Assembly: GCA_039767755.1 (NCBI GenBank)
Contig: JBDNBT010000157.1
Coordinates: forward strand, 1 to 50,612
Length of the DNA stretch: 50,612 bases
From: Sulfurovum sp.
Lineage (GTDB): Bacteria > Campylobacterota > Campylobacteria > Campylobacterales > Arcobacteraceae
Reading direction: 5' to 3'
Shown: positions 37,009-47,496 of the stretch, piece by piece
Layout: each line of letters opens with the position of its first letter
Numbering within the stretch: position 1 is the first letter of the stretch
The notes under the pieces: generated by a model
The model's database searches: none
Seen by the model: the letters and a program-made list of their open reading frames with translations, nothing else
Told to the model about the DNA's origin: nothing
Translations under genes and position numbers: made by a program

Positions 37009-38431
37009 TTTATTTACACAAATAATACTAATCATAAGTTTAGGTTGGTACTTAATAACAAACTTACAATGGTACAACTATAAACTTGACAGAGTAGTTT
37101 TCAAACATCATAAATGGCAATGGCATATCATATACTTTTTATCACCAATAGTAGTGTTTTATTTAATTGAAGGTTTGTACTTTTCTATATATTTTTATTT
37201 AATATATATGACAAGTTTTATTTTATGGAACAGAAAACTAGATAGACCTTTAGTAATAACTTCAAGGGTTAAAAGATTTTTAGGAATATTACTTGCAACT
37301 ACATTTATAATAGTTTTATTATGTATGACTAGTGATATGTGTAAAACTACACCTATTTTTATGCCACTAATTCTAGCTTATGTATTTTCAACTATACTAG
37401 AAAAAGTGTTTTTTATTTCATTTAAAAATCAAGGTAAAAAAAGACTTAAAAATATTCCTAACATAAAAACCATAGCTATAACTGCATCATATGGTAAAAC
37501 ATCAATTAAAAACTTTTTATATCATGTATTAAAAGGTAAGTATAAAACATATAAAACACCGAGATCTGTAAATACTATAGCTGGAATTGTTTTAGATGTG
37601 AATAGAGACTTACCAGATGATACTCAAGTTTATATTGCTGAGGCTGGTGCTAGAGCAAATGGTGATATAGAAGAAATTAGTATGTACTTAGAACCAGAAA
37701 TATGTATATTAGGAAGTGTTGGTGAGCAACATATAGAATATTTTAAAACTTTAGACAATATTATATACACAAAAATGGAAATACTAAAATCTCCTAAAAT
37801 GAAAAGAGGTTTTGTCCATGAGTCAGTACCTATAAAAGAGTATGACACAATTACAAAGTTCCCAGATGGATTAAATATCTTAAAAAGTGATTTAAACGGT
37901 TTAACATTTGAAGTAAATGTTAATGGTAACAAAGAAAGATTTCATGCACCAATATTAGGTTCATTTAATGCTATAAATCTTACTGCTGTTATTTTAGCAG
38001 CTCAAGAATTGGGGATGAGTATTGAAGAGATACAATTAGCTTTTGAAAATCTACCTCAAGTTGAGCATAGGTTACAAAGAATTGATGTAGGTGGAAAAAT
38101 AATTATAGATGATTCATTTAATGGAAACCTAGAAGGTATGCTTGAGGGTATAAATATTTGTGCCCATCATGAAGGTAGAAAAGTAATAATAACTCCAGGA
38201 CTTGTAGAATCAACTGACGAAGCAAATATTCTATTAGCTGAAAGTATCAATGAAAAGTTTGACTTGGCAATTATCACAGGTAGTTTAAATTCAAAGCTTC
38301 TACAAAATAATATTAGTAAAGAAAAAATTGTAATACTAAGTGATAAGGCTAAGATGCAAGATACAATTGCACAATTAACTAAAGTAGGTGATTTAATTTA
38401 TTTTGCAAATGATGCACCTAATTTTATTTAA
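36995..38431 (+). CDS. murF: UDP-N-acetylmuramoyl-tripeptide--D-alanyl-D-alanine ligase with polytopic membrane N-terminus
   Basis: 478 aa with Mur ligase P-loop ITASYGKTS near residue 165, plus AEAGARANGDI and IIDDSFNGN. The first roughly 145 residues are five hydrophobic segments. Confidence 0.85.
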   Translation: MEYFNLFTQIILIISLGWYLITNLQWYNYKLDRVVFKHHKWQWHIIYFLSPIVVFYLIEGLYFSIYFYLIYMTSFILWNRKLDRPLVITSRVKRFLGILLATTFIIVLLCMTSDMCKTTPIFMPLILAYVFSTILEKVFFISFKNQGKKRLKNIPNIKTIAITASYGKTSIKNFLYHVLKGKYKTYKTPRSVNTIAGIVLDVNRDLPDDTQVYIAEAGARANGDIEEISMYLEPEICILGSVGEQHIEYFKTLDNIIYTKMEILKSPKMKRGFVHESVPIKEYDTITKFPDGLNILKSDLNGLTFEVNVNGNKERFHAPILGSFNAINLTAVILAAQELGMSIEEIQLAFENLPQVEHRLQRIDVGGKIIIDDSFNGNLEGMLEGINICAHHEGRKVIITPGLVESTDEANILLAESINEKFDLAIITGSLNSKLLQNNISKEKIVILSDKAKMQDTIAQLTKVGDLIYFANDAPNFI

Positions 38432-38464
38432 GTTATCATAAAAGATATATAGGAGAGACATATC

Positions 38465-38953
38465 ATGGAAAATTTGTATGCACCTTGGCGATATTCATAT
38501 GTAAGTGAAGAAAAAATAGAAGGATGTGTCTTTTGTCATATTAAAAATAATATTGATGATAAAAAGATGCAAGTATTATTTCATGATGAACTATGTTTTG
38601 TAGTAATGAATAAATTTCCATATTCTCCAGGACACTTTATGGTAATACCAAATCATCACACTGATAAAATAGAAGACTTAGATGAAGATGTATGGTTTAG
38701 GGTATCTAAACGAGTACAGCAAGGTGTAAGGCTTTTAAAAGACACATTAAATTGTGAAGGTGTTAATATTGGTATGAATCTAGGAAAAGCTGCTGGTGCA
38801 GGTATAGAACAACATGTACACTATCATTTAATGCCTCGATGGATTGGTGATACTAACTTTATAACTACAGTGGGGGATACAAGAGTAGATCCTGCAAACT
38901 TTGATGAAATTTATAATAAATTAAAAGAGAATTCTAATAAATTTTTCATTTAA
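38465..38953 (+). CDS. HIT-family nucleotide hydrolase/transferase
   Basis: 162 aa with LYAPWRYSYV and histidine triad EQHVHYHLMPRW. Confidence 0.85.
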   Translation: MENLYAPWRYSYVSEEKIEGCVFCHIKNNIDDKKMQVLFHDELCFVVMNKFPYSPGHFMVIPNHHTDKIEDLDEDVWFRVSKRVQQGVRLLKDTLNCEGVNIGMNLGKAAGAGIEQHVHYHLMPRWIGDTNFITTVGDTRVDPANFDEIYNKLKENSNKFFI

Positions 38954-39051
38954 TTTATTAAGATTAACTTAATAGATATACTATATAATCAATTCTTTCC
39001 TTCTTTTAAGGAAACAAAAACAATAAAATCTGCATAGAAACCCCATAAAAC

Positions 39052-39080
39052 TTGACATTTAACTATTTTTAAGTTATAAT
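39052..39080 (+). promoter_or_regulatory. sigma-70 consensus promoter of the S10 operon (TTGACA-17 nt-TATAAT)
   Basis: TTGACA at 39052..39057 and TATAAT at 39075..39080, with an exactly 17-nt spacer, about 68 nt upstream of the rpsJ ATG. Confidence 0.7.
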
Positions 39081-39147
39081 CCGCGTCCATAATTTGTGTT
39101 AGTGTCCATTTTTTGGTACATCTAACGAGTTCTTTAAAGGAAATTAA

Positions 39148-39462
39148 ATGGAAAAAATTAGATTAAAGCTTAAAGCTTACGATCACAGAGTTTTAGACAG
39201 AAGTGTTGCTTCAATTGTTGAAGCTGTTAAAAGAACTGGTGCTGAGTTAAGAGGTCCTATACCTCTTCCAACGAAGATCAGAAGATATACGGTTATTAAA
39301 GGGCCTCACGTTAATAAGAGTTCAAGAGAGCAATTCGAAATTAGAATTCACTCAAGAATGATTGATATCGTTTCAGCGACTCCAGATACAGTAGATTCAT
39401 TAATGAAACTTGACTTAGCTCCTGAAGTTGATGTTGAAGTTAGATCAATGGGTCAAGAATAA
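39148..39462 (+). CDS. rpsJ: 30S ribosomal protein S10
   Basis: 104 aa ([14 protein letters not shown]) and first gene of the canonical S10 operon order. Confidence 0.97.
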   Translation: MEKIRLKLKAYDHRVLDRSVASIVEAVKRTGAELRGPIPLPTKIRRYTVIKGPHVNKSSREQFEIRIHSRMIDIVSATPDTVDSLMKLDLAPEVDVEVRSMGQE

Positions 39463-39480
39463 AAGAAAGGGTAATACAAG

Positions 39481-40056
39481 ATGGAATTTATAGTTCAAAA
39501 AATCGGTATGAGTAGAACAGTATCTGTACCAGCTACTCCTGTTACACTTTTAAAAGTTCTTGATACTAAAGTGTGTGACGTTAATGAAGGTGTGGGATTT
39601 GTTTCATATAGTAGTGGTAAAAAATTTAACAAAACTATTGAAGGTCAACAAAAGAAATTTAACTTATCAAAAGAGTTTAACAGATTTGCAACAATCACTG
39701 TAGCAAACACTGAAGCTGGTGACTTAGATGTTTCTCCTTTAGCGGAAGCTAATGTTTTAAGAACAACTTTTAAAACAAAAGGTAGAGGTTTCTCTGGAGC
39801 AGTTAAAAGATGGAACTTTGCTGGTGGTAGAGCTTCGCATGGACATAGAATGGGTAGAAGAACTGGTTCTATTGGTAATGCAGAGTGGCCAGGTAGAGTT
39901 ATGCGTGGTAAGAAAATGCCAGGTCAATACGGAAATACTAATGTAAGTGTTAAAAATGATGTTGTTTCATTTGACGCTGAAACAGGAATCTTAGTTGTTA
40001 AAGGTTCAGTTTCTGGTCCTAATGGGGCACTTGGAAGAGTAAAGGTTGCTAAATGA
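39481..40056 (+). CDS. rplC: 50S ribosomal protein L3
   Basis: 191 aa with [13 protein letters not shown]-like region ([16 protein letters not shown]). Operon position fits. Confidence 0.96.
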   Translation: MEFIVQKIGMSRTVSVPATPVTLLKVLDTKVCDVNEGVGFVSYSSGKKFNKTIEGQQKKFNLSKEFNRFATITVANTEAGDLDVSPLAEANVLRTTFKTKGRGFSGAVKRWNFAGGRASHGHRMGRRTGSIGNAEWPGRVMRGKKMPGQYGNTNVSVKNDVVSFDAETGILVVKGSVSGPNGALGRVKVAK

Positions 40057-40664
40057 GTAAAGCAATAGTTTTAAACGAAAAATTTGAAAGTAATGGTGAG
40101 TTTAACTTACCAGCAAGTTATGCAGAAGTTAATTCTCACAACTTATACTTATATGTAAAGTCTTATTTATCATCTATAAGAGCTAATACTGCTAGAGTAA
40201 AAAATAGATCAGAAGTTAGCGGTGGTGGTAAAAAACCAAAAGCACAAAAAGGTTCTGGTGGAGCTAGATGGGGTTCTAAAAGATCACCATTATTCGTTGG
40301 TGGGGGTCAAGTATTTGGTCCATCAAACAGAAACTATAACCAAAAAATAAATAAGAAACAAAAAGCTTTAGCATTAAACTATGCGTTAAATTCTCAAGCT
40401 GAAAAAGGTTCTATATTTGTTGTTGATTCAATGAAAGTTGAATCTGGTAAGACTAAAGATGCTGTTGCAGTTTTAAATAAATTAAATAAGAGAGACACAT
40501 TAATTGTTGTTGATTCAATTGATGAGAAAACTTATTTAGCATTCAGAAATGTTAAAAACTGTTATATGGTTGAAAAGCAAGAAGTTAACGCTTATTTAAT
40601 TGCTGCATACCACTCTGTACTAATTGAAAAATCAGTACTAGAAGTATTAACAAAAGAGGCTTAA
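40053..40664 (+). CDS. rplD: 50S ribosomal protein L4
   Basis: 203 aa with [23 protein letters not shown] overlap with rplC. Confidence 0.96.
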   Translation: MSKAIVLNEKFESNGEFNLPASYAEVNSHNLYLYVKSYLSSIRANTARVKNRSEVSGGGKKPKAQKGSGGARWGSKRSPLFVGGGQVFGPSNRNYNQKINKKQKALALNYALNSQAEKGSIFVVDSMKVESGKTKDAVAVLNKLNKRDTLIVVDSIDEKTYLAFRNVKNCYMVEKQEVNAYLIAAYHSVLIEKSVLEVLTKEA

Positions 40665-40665
40665 G

Positions 40666-40947
40666 ATGGCAGATATTACAGATATTAAAGCAATATTATA
40701 TACAGAGAAAACAATCGAGCTTCAAGAAAATGGTGTAATCGTTGTTCAAACTAGTCCTAGAATGACTAAAAACGGTTTAAAAGAAGTGTTTAAAGATTAC
40801 TTTGGAGTTACTCCAGAGAAAATTAATTCTTTAAGACAAAACGGTAAAGTTAAAAGATTTAGAGGAAAAATCGGTAAAAGAGCTGATTTCAAAAAATTCT
40901 ATGTAACATTACCAGAGGGCGCTGAAATAGCGAACCTTTCGGCATAA
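40666..40947 (+). CDS. rplW: 50S ribosomal protein L23
   Basis: 93 aa; operon position and L23-like sequence. Confidence 0.95.
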   Translation: MADITDIKAILYTEKTIELQENGVIVVQTSPRMTKNGLKEVFKDYFGVTPEKINSLRQNGKVKRFRGKIGKRADFKKFYVTLPEGAEIANLSA

Positions 40948-40957
40948 GGGGTAGAAG

Positions 40958-41785
40958 ATGGCAATTAAAAAATTTAGACCAATAACTCCTGCTAGAAGAT
41001 TTATGTCTGTTATGGACACTTCAGATATTACTTCAAAACCAACTGTTAGATCTTTATTAAAAAGAATTAGCGCAAAAGCTGGTAGAAATAATAACGGTAG
41101 AATTACATCAAGACATAGAGAAGCAGGTGCTAAAAAATTATATAGAATCATTGATTTTAAAAGAGACAAATTTGGTGTTCCAGGTACTGTTTCAACAATT
41201 GAGTACGATCCGTACAGAAACTGTAGAATTTGTTTAGTAACTTACGCTGATGGAGACAAAAGATACATCTTACAACCTTCTGGGTTAAAAGTTGGAGCTT
41301 CTGTACAAGCTGCTGAATCTGGATTAGATATTTTACCAGGTAACGCAATGAGATTACAATCTATCCCTGTTGGTACTATGGTTCATAACGTTGAGTTAAA
41401 ACCTGGTAAAGGTGGACAGTTTGCAAGATCAGCTGGTGGATATGCACAAATCATGGGTAGAGAAGATAAATATGTTATCTTAAGATTACCATCTGGTGAG
41501 ATGAGAAAAATCTTAGGTGTATGTATCGCTACTATTGGTATTGTTGGAAACGAAGATTTCTCTAATATGGTAGTTGGTAAAGCTGGTAGAAGTAGACATC
41601 TTGGTATTAGACCACAAACAAGAGGATCTGCAATGAACCCAATCGATCACCCACATGGTGGTGGTGAAGGTAAGACTAACTCTGGTAGACATCCTGTTAC
41701 TCCATGGGGTATGCCAACTAAAGGTTATAAAACTAGAAAGAAAAAAGCTAGTGATAAACTAATCATTTCAAGAAGAAAGAAGTAA
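40958..41785 (+). CDS. rplB: 50S ribosomal protein L2
   Basis: 275 aa with [15 protein letters not shown]. Confidence 0.98.
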   Translation: MAIKKFRPITPARRFMSVMDTSDITSKPTVRSLLKRISAKAGRNNNGRITSRHREAGAKKLYRIIDFKRDKFGVPGTVSTIEYDPYRNCRICLVTYADGDKRYILQPSGLKVGASVQAAESGLDILPGNAMRLQSIPVGTMVHNVELKPGKGGQFARSAGGYAQIMGREDKYVILRLPSGEMRKILGVCIATIGIVGNEDFSNMVVGKAGRSRHLGIRPQTRGSAMNPIDHPHGGGEGKTNSGRHPVTPWGMPTKGYKTRKKKASDKLIISRRKK

Positions 41786-41794
41786 GGGTATAAG

Positions 41795-42070
41795 ATGGCA
41801 AGATCAATAAAAAAAGGTCCATTTATAGATGCACACTTATTAAAAAAAGTTATCAAAGCTAACGAAAACAATGATAAGAAACCAATTAAGACTTGGTCAA
41901 GAAGATCAACTGTTTTACCTGATATGATTGGTTTAACTTTTAACGTGCATAATGGAAGAAATTTTGTTCCAGTAAATATTACTGAAAACCACGTTGGATA
42001 TAAATTAGGTGAGTTTGCACCGACTAGAACGTTCAAGGGCCATAAAGGTTCTGTACAGAAGAAAGGTTAA
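41795..42070 (+). CDS. rpsS: 30S ribosomal protein S19
   Basis: 91 aa with [11 protein letters not shown] and HNGRNFVPV. Confidence 0.97.
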   Translation: MARSIKKGPFIDAHLLKKVIKANENNDKKPIKTWSRRSTVLPDMIGLTFNVHNGRNFVPVNITENHVGYKLGEFAPTRTFKGHKGSVQKKG

Positions 42071-42073
42071 TTG

Positions 42074-42406
42074 ATGGGAAGAGCTGTTTTAAAATTTATT
42101 AGACTTTCTCCTACTAAAGCAAGATTAATTGCAAGAGAAGTTCAAGGAATGAATGCTGAGTACGCAATCGCTTCTTTAGAGTTCACTCCAAACAAAGCTG
42201 CTGGAATTATTTCAAAAGTTATTGCTTCAGCTGTAGCTAACGCTGGTTTAGAGCCTCAAAATGCAGTTGTTACTTCTGCTAGAGTTGATAAAGGTCCAGT
42301 ATTAAAAAGATTTACACCAAGAGCTAGAGGTTCTGCTTCACCAAAGCATAAGCCAACTGCACACATCATGATTGAAGTAGCAGAAGCATCTAAAGGAGAC
42401 AAGTAA
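42074..42406 (+). CDS. rplV: 50S ribosomal protein L22
   Basis: 110 aa from ATG 42074 (the track starts one codon earlier at a TTG). Has RLSPTKARL. Confidence 0.95.
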   Translation: MGRAVLKFIRLSPTKARLIAREVQGMNAEYAIASLEFTPNKAAGIISKVIASAVANAGLEPQNAVVTSARVDKGPVLKRFTPRARGSASPKHKPTAHIMIEVAEASKGDK

Positions 42407-43104
42407 TGGGTCAAAAAGTTAATCCAATAGGTTTAAGATTAGGAATTAACAGAAACTGGGAATCAAGATGGTTTCCTAAGTTCGAGAACATTCCTTCAAA
42501 CGTATCTGAAGATGATAAAATCAGAAAATTCGTTAAGAAAGAGTTATACTATGCTGGTATCGCTCAAACTATTATCGAAAGAACTGCTAAAAAAATCAGA
42601 GTAACTATTGTTGCTGCTAGACCTGGTATTATCATTGGTAAGAAAGGTGCTGATGTTGAAAAGTTAAAAAACTCTTTAGCTAACTTAGTTGGTAAAGAAA
42701 TTGCTGTTAACATCAAAGAAGAAAGAAAACCTCAATTATCTGCTCAATTAGGTGCTGAAAATGTTGCTCAACAATTAGAAAGAAGAGTTGCATTCAGAAG
42801 AGCTATGAAGAGAGTTATGCAAAATGCTTTAAAATCTGGAGCAAAAGGAATTAAAGTTTCTTGTTCTGGTAGACTTGGTGGAGCTGAAATGGCTAGAACT
42901 GAGTGGTATTTAGAAGGAAGAGTTCCTTTACATACTTTAAGAGCTAGAATTGATTATGGTTTCGCTGAAGCTCACACAACTTATGGTTGTATCGGAATTA
43001 AAGTTTGGATTTTCAAAGGTGAAGTATTAGCTAAGGGTATTCCTGCTGAGAAAACTGAAGATTCTAAACCAAAAAGAAGACCAGCTAAAAGAAGAGGTAA
43101 GTAA
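42406..43104 (+). CDS. rpsC: 30S ribosomal protein S3
   Basis: 232 aa with [13 protein letters not shown]. Confidence 0.98.
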   Translation: MGQKVNPIGLRLGINRNWESRWFPKFENIPSNVSEDDKIRKFVKKELYYAGIAQTIIERTAKKIRVTIVAARPGIIIGKKGADVEKLKNSLANLVGKEIAVNIKEERKPQLSAQLGAENVAQQLERRVAFRRAMKRVMQNALKSGAKGIKVSCSGRLGGAEMARTEWYLEGRVPLHTLRARIDYGFAEAHTTYGCIGIKVWIFKGEVLAKGIPAEKTEDSKPKRRPAKRRGK

Positions 43105-43106
43105 TT

Positions 43107-43532
43107 ATGTTAATGCCTAAAAGAACTAAATTCAGAAAAATGATGAAAGGTAGAAACAGAGGTAAAGCTCATAGAGGTAACTCTCTAGCTTACGGTTCTA
43201 TCGGACTTAAAGCTGTTGAACATGGAAGAATTGACTCTAGACAAATCGAAGCGTCAAGAATTGCAATGACAAGAGCTATTAAAAGACAAGGTAAAGTTTG
43301 GATTATGGTATTCCCTGACAAACCACTTACTGCTAAACCATTAGAAACAAGAATGGGTAAAGGTAAAGGTGCTGTTGATAAATGGGTTATGAATATTAAG
43401 CCAGGAAGAATTTGCTTTGAAATGGGTGGAGTTGCAGACGATTTAGCTAGAACAGCTTTAACTTTAGCGCAACATAAATTACCATTTAAAACTAAAATTG
43501 TAACAAGAGATAGCGAAAATGAACTATACTGA
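43107..43532 (+). CDS. rplP: 50S ribosomal protein L16
   Basis: 141 aa with [11 protein letters not shown]. Confidence 0.98.
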   Translation: MLMPKRTKFRKMMKGRNRGKAHRGNSLAYGSIGLKAVEHGRIDSRQIEASRIAMTRAIKRQGKVWIMVFPDKPLTAKPLETRMGKGKGAVDKWVMNIKPGRICFEMGGVADDLARTALTLAQHKLPFKTKIVTRDSENELY

Positions 43533-43710
43533 TATTAAAGAAAAAAGTTTAAATGAACTTCAAGAGTTGTTAAGAGAAAAAAAGGTGCTTCTTTTTGAAT
43601 TAAAAGCTAAGCTAAAAACTATGCAGTTAACTAACACATCTGAATTACAAGTAGCGAAAAAAGACATCGCTAAAATTCAAACAGCTATTACTGCAGCTAA
43701 AGCTAACTAA
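43519..43710 (+). CDS. rpmC: 50S ribosomal protein L29
   Basis: 63 aa; 14-nt overlap with rplP; operon position fits. Confidence 0.93.
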   Translation: MNYTDIKEKSLNELQELLREKKVLLFELKAKLKTMQLTNTSELQVAKKDIAKIQTAITAAKAN

Positions 43711-43721
43711 GGATCTGTAAG

Positions 43722-43973
43722 ATGACACATAAAAGAGAGATTCAAGGTGTTGTAGTAAAAAAATCTGGTGATAAAACAGCTTCTGTTTTAGTTACTAGAT
43801 CAGTTTTACACCCTAAGTATCATAAGACAGTTAAAAGATTTAAGAAATATTTAATTCATGATGAAAAGAATGAATTAAACGAAGGTGACACTGTAATTGC
43901 TATTGAGTGTAGACCTTTATCAAAAACTAAATCTTTTAGACTAAAGACTATTGTTGCTACAGGAGTTAAATAA
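43722..43973 (+). CDS. rpsQ: 30S ribosomal protein S17
   Basis: 83 aa with [10 protein letters not shown]-type motif. Confidence 0.96.
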   Translation: MTHKREIQGVVVKKSGDKTASVLVTRSVLHPKYHKTVKRFKKYLIHDEKNELNEGDTVIAIECRPLSKTKSFRLKTIVATGVK

Positions 43974-44341
43974 TGATTCAAAGTTTTACTAGATTAAATG
44001 TAGCTGACAACACTGGTGCTAAAGAGATCATGTGTATCAAAGTTTTAGGTGGTTCTAAAAGAAGATACGCATCTGTTGGTGATGTAATTGTAGCTTCAGT
44101 TAAGAAAGCTTTACCTACTGGAAAAGTAAAAAAAGGTCAAGTTGTAAAAGCTGTTGTTGTTAGAACACACAAAGAAGTACAAAGAGAAAATGGTTCATTA
44201 ATTAGATTTGACGATAACGCTGCTGTTATTTTAGATGCTAAAAAAGAACCAATTGGAACTAGAATATTTGGACCTGTAGCTAGAGAAGTTAGATACTCAG
44301 GATTCATGAAAATTGTTTCACTTGCTCCGGAGGTATTATAA
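43973..44341 (+). CDS. rplN: 50S ribosomal protein L14
   Basis: 122 aa with [17 protein letters not shown]. Confidence 0.98.
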   Translation: MIQSFTRLNVADNTGAKEIMCIKVLGGSKRRYASVGDVIVASVKKALPTGKVKKGQVVKAVVVRTHKEVQRENGSLIRFDDNAAVILDAKKEPIGTRIFGPVAREVRYSGFMKIVSLAPEVL

Positions 44342-44342
44342 T

Positions 44343-44582
44343 ATGGCTGTTAAATTAAATATTAAAAAAGGCGATACTGTTAAAATTATCGCTGGTGATG
44401 ACAAAGGTAAAACTGGTGAAGTTTTAGCTGTATTACCAACTAAAAGACAAGTAATTGTTAAAGATTGTAAAGTTGCTAAAAAAACTGTTAAGCCTGATCA
44501 AGAAAAAAATCCTAATGGTGGATTTGTAGACAAAGAAATGCCAATTGACATTTCAAATGTAGCAAAAGTAGAAGGTAAATAA
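44343..44582 (+). CDS. rplX: 50S ribosomal protein L24
   Basis: 79 aa from ATG 44343 ([13 protein letters not shown]), with GGAGG SD 9 nt upstream. The track's longer start at 44313 would overlap rplN. Confidence 0.94.
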   Translation: MAVKLNIKKGDTVKIIAGDDKGKTGEVLAVLPTKRQVIVKDCKVAKKTVKPDQEKNPNGGFVDKEMPIDISNVAKVEGK

Positions 44583-44584
44583 TT

Positions 44585-45133
44585 ATGGCTTCAAGATTAT
44601 TAGAAAGATATAAAGCAGAAATTAAACCAACTTTAGAGACTGAGTTTCCAAAAAACAAGATGTTAACAGCTAAGTTAGACAAAGTTGTTATCTCTGTTGG
44701 TGCTGGTGAAGCTATGAAAGATAGTAAATTAATGCAAAACATTCAAGATACTATCTCTTTAATTGCTGGTCAACATGCAGTTAAAGTTATCGCTAAGAAA
44801 TCAGTAGCTGGTTTTAAAGTAAGAGAAGGTTACCCTGTAGGTGTTAAAGTTACTTTAAGAGGTGAGCAAATGTTCAATTTCTTAGACAAATTATGTTCTA
44901 TTGCATTACCAAGAGTAAAAGATTTCCAAGGTTTAGATAGAAATGGGTTTGACGGTCAAGGTAACTTCAACTTTGGTTTAGACGAACAATTAATGTTCCC
45001 AGAAGTAGTTTATGATGATATCATTAAAACTCATGGTATGAATATTTCAGTTTCTACAACTGCTAATAACGATGCGGAAGCATATAGATTATTAGAATTA
45101 GTAGGAATTCCATTTACAAAAGGAAAAGCGTAA
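44585..45133 (+). CDS. rplE: 50S ribosomal protein L5
   Basis: 182 aa; operon position and L5-like sequence (FRGLD-type [18 protein letters not shown]). Confidence 0.97.
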   Translation: MASRLLERYKAEIKPTLETEFPKNKMLTAKLDKVVISVGAGEAMKDSKLMQNIQDTISLIAGQHAVKVIAKKSVAGFKVREGYPVGVKVTLRGEQMFNFLDKLCSIALPRVKDFQGLDRNGFDGQGNFNFGLDEQLMFPEVVYDDIIKTHGMNISVSTTANNDAEAYRLLELVGIPFTKGKA

Positions 45134-45318
45134 TGGCAAAGAAATCTATGATTGCTAAGCAACAGAGACCTGCAAAGTTCTCTTCAAGAGCATACACTAG
45201 ATGTTCGGTATGTGGTAGACCACATTCAGTTTATAGAGATTTCGGTCTTTGTAGAGTTTGTTTAAGAAAAATGGCTAACGAAGGTTTATTACCTGGTGTT
45301 AGAAAAGCTAGTTGGTAG
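45133..45318 (+). CDS. rpsN: 30S ribosomal protein S14, zinc-binding short type
   Basis: 61 aa with CSVCGRP...CRVCLR. Confidence 0.97.
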   Translation: MAKKSMIAKQQRPAKFSSRAYTRCSVCGRPHSVYRDFGLCRVCLRKMANEGLLPGVRKASW

Positions 45319-45331
45319 GAGATATTAAGCT

Positions 45332-45730
45332 ATGATGAATGACATAATCGCAGATGCTTTAACTAGAATTAGAAATGCTGCAACAAGAAAATTAGAAGTA
45401 ACAACTTTGTTACATTCTAATACTGTTGTTGGTATTTTAGAAGTTCTATTAAAAAAAGAATATATTACTGGTTACAAAGTAATTGATGGTGAAAACAACA
45501 AGAAGACAATTCAAGTTGAATTAAAATATGATGAAAATGAAAGATCAGTAATTAACGAAATCACTAGAGTTTCTAAACCTGGTAGAAGAGTTTATAAAAA
45601 CGCTTCTGAAATCAAATCATTTAAAAATGGACATGGTACAATCATTATAACAACTAACAAAGGTGTTATTGCTAATGATGAAGCTTTCGCTGCTAAAGTT
45701 GGTGGTGAAGTACTATGTACTGTATGGTAG
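45332..45730 (+). CDS. rpsH: 30S ribosomal protein S8
   Basis: 132 aa with [13 protein letters not shown]. Confidence 0.97.
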   Translation: MMNDIIADALTRIRNAATRKLEVTTLLHSNTVVGILEVLLKKEYITGYKVIDGENNKKTIQVELKYDENERSVINEITRVSKPGRRVYKNASEIKSFKNGHGTIIITTNKGVIANDEAFAAKVGGEVLCTVW

Positions 45731-45739
45731 GGGTGTAAA

Positions 45740-46273
45740 ATGTCAAGAATTGGTAAACAACCTATTGCAATTCCAGCAGGAATTGAAATTACAGTAAATG
45801 GAACAATCGTTACAATTAAAAAAGGTAACCAATCTGCTGATGTAGAAACACACGGTAGAGTGGGAGTTGAAGTAGCTGAAGGTAAAGTAGTTTTAACAAA
45901 AACTGGTGAGTCTAAAGAAGCTTCAGCGTTCTGGGGTACTTACAGAGCATTAATAAATAACGCAATTATTGGTTTATCTACAGGTTTTAAAAAATCTTTA
46001 GAAATCAATGGTGTTGGTTATAGAGCTGCTGTTAAAGGTAATGTTTTAGAACTTCAATTAGGTTATTCACACCCAATTAATTTCGAAATAGCAGAAGGTT
46101 TAAAAATCTCTGTTGAAAAAAACATTATTCACGTAGAAGGTGCAGATAAACAACAAGTTGGTCAAGCTGCTGCAATCATTAGAGGCTTTAGAAAACCAGA
46201 ACCATATAAAGGTAAAGGTGTTAAATACACTGACGAGGTTATCATTAGAAAAGCTGGTAAAACTGCTAAGTAA
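45740..46273 (+). CDS. rplF: 50S ribosomal protein L6
   Basis: 177 aa with MSRIGKQPI. Confidence 0.97.
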   Translation: MSRIGKQPIAIPAGIEITVNGTIVTIKKGNQSADVETHGRVGVEVAEGKVVLTKTGESKEASAFWGTYRALINNAIIGLSTGFKKSLEINGVGYRAAVKGNVLELQLGYSHPINFEIAEGLKISVEKNIIHVEGADKQQVGQAAAIIRGFRKPEPYKGKGVKYTDEVIIRKAGKTAK

Positions 46274-46284
46274 GGTAAGATAAA

Positions 46285-46644
46285 ATGAGTAGAGCAAAAG
46301 ATTTAGCTAAAAAACAAGCTTTAAGAGCTAGAAGAAAAAGAAGAGTTAGAGGATCAATTTCTGGTACTGCACAAAGACCTAGAGTATCTATTTTTAAATC
46401 AAATAAATACTTAAGTGCTCAAGCAATTAACGACGTAGATGGTGTTACATTAACAGCAATCGAGTCTAAAGCTTTAGGGTTAAACGTATCAAAAGAAAGT
46501 GCAACTAAAGTTGCTGCAGCATTTGCAGAGAACTTAAAGGGCGCTGGAATCGATACAGTAGTATTTGATAGAAATGGTTACCTTTACCATGGTGTAGTTG
46601 CAGCATTTGCTGATGGACTAAGAGAAAACGGTATCAAATTATAA
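46285..46644 (+). CDS. rplR: 50S ribosomal protein L18
   Basis: 119 aa with [12 protein letters not shown] and [10 protein letters not shown]. Confidence 0.97.
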   Translation: MSRAKDLAKKQALRARRKRRVRGSISGTAQRPRVSIFKSNKYLSAQAINDVDGVTLTAIESKALGLNVSKESATKVAAAFAENLKGAGIDTVVFDRNGYLYHGVVAAFADGLRENGIKL

Positions 46645-46650
46645 GGGTTA

Positions 46651-47094
46651 ATGATGGCAGTAAATAGAGATGACTTTGAAGAAGCAATCGTTAAAATCGG
46701 AAGAGTAACAAAAGTTGTAAAGGGTGGTAGAAGATTCAGATTCACAGCTTTAGTTGTTGTTGGTGATAAAAACGGAACAGTAGGATTTGGAACAGGAAAA
46801 GCAAAAGAAGTTCCTGATGCAATTAAAAAAGCTTTAGATGACGCGTTTAAGTCGTTAGTTAAAGTAAGTATTAATGGTACAACTATTTCACATGACATTG
46901 AACATAAGTACAATGCAAGTAAAATTTTATTAAAACCAGCATCTGAAGGTACAGGACTTATCGCAGGTGGTGCGGCTAGACCAGTATTAGAATTATCAGG
47001 AGTTAAAGATATTATTGCAAAATCTTTAGGTTCTAATAATCCAAACAACCTTGTACAAGCTACTGTTGAAGCATTAGCAAGAATTAAAGGATAA
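46651..47094 (+). CDS. rpsE: 30S ribosomal protein S5
   Basis: 147 aa with [14 protein letters not shown]. Confidence 0.97.
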   Translation: MMAVNRDDFEEAIVKIGRVTKVVKGGRRFRFTALVVVGDKNGTVGFGTGKAKEVPDAIKKALDDAFKSLVKVSINGTTISHDIEHKYNASKILLKPASEGTGLIAGGAARPVLELSGVKDIIAKSLGSNNPNNLVQATVEALARIKG

Positions 47095-47098
47095 TCAT

Positions 47099-47494
47099 AT
47101 GTTAGATATTTTACAACCTGCTGAAGGTAGTACTAAGAACAGAAAAAGAGTAGGTAGAGGTCAAGGTTCAGGAATGGGTAAGACTTCTACAAGAGGTCAA
47201 AAAGGTCAAAAATCTAGATCTGGTTATAAAAGAAAAAGAGGATTTGAGGGTGGTCAAATGCCAATGCAAAAAAGATTACCTAAAATCGGATTCGTTTCTA
47301 GAGTAACTAAACCTTATTCAATCAACACAGATAAAGTAAAAGCAGTTGCTGCTTTAGAAGAAATTACTTTAGAATCAATTAAATCTGTTTACAAATTATC
47401 TAAATCTGTAACAAAAGTTAAATTAATTGGTTCAAACGTTAGTGAACTTAAATCTAAGATTAAAGACGAAAACGTTACAACTTCTGGAAAATAA
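47099..47494 (+). CDS. rplO: 50S ribosomal protein L15
   Basis: 131 aa with [21 protein letters not shown]. Follows rpsE directly, with no L30 gene between. Confidence 0.96.
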   Translation: MLDILQPAEGSTKNRKRVGRGQGSGMGKTSTRGQKGQKSRSGYKRKRGFEGGQMPMQKRLPKIGFVSRVTKPYSINTDKVKAVAALEEITLESIKSVYKLSKSVTKVKLIGSNVSELKSKIKDENVTTSGK

Positions 47495-47496
47495 CC

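Noticed and set aside
38996-39014. 7-bp hairpin (TTTCCTT/AAGGAAA) after the HIT gene, a possible terminator.
   Set aside because: The stem is short and weak, and no T-tract follows. It is too marginal to call.
44313-44342. Longer rplX start given in the track.
   Set aside because: It would overlap rplN by 29 nt. The ATG at 44343 has a GGAGG SD and yields the canonical L24 N-terminus.
46584-47048. 154-aa ORF antisense to rplR/rpsE, and similar antisense ORFs at 40909..41169, 41725..42036, 44512..44742 and 46100..46297 inside the ribosomal cluster.
   Set aside because: They are shadow ORFs opposite highly expressed, strongly conserved genes. Their composition is low-complexity (S/P/L/F-rich), they have no SD, and their open frames are explained by the sense-strand codon bias.
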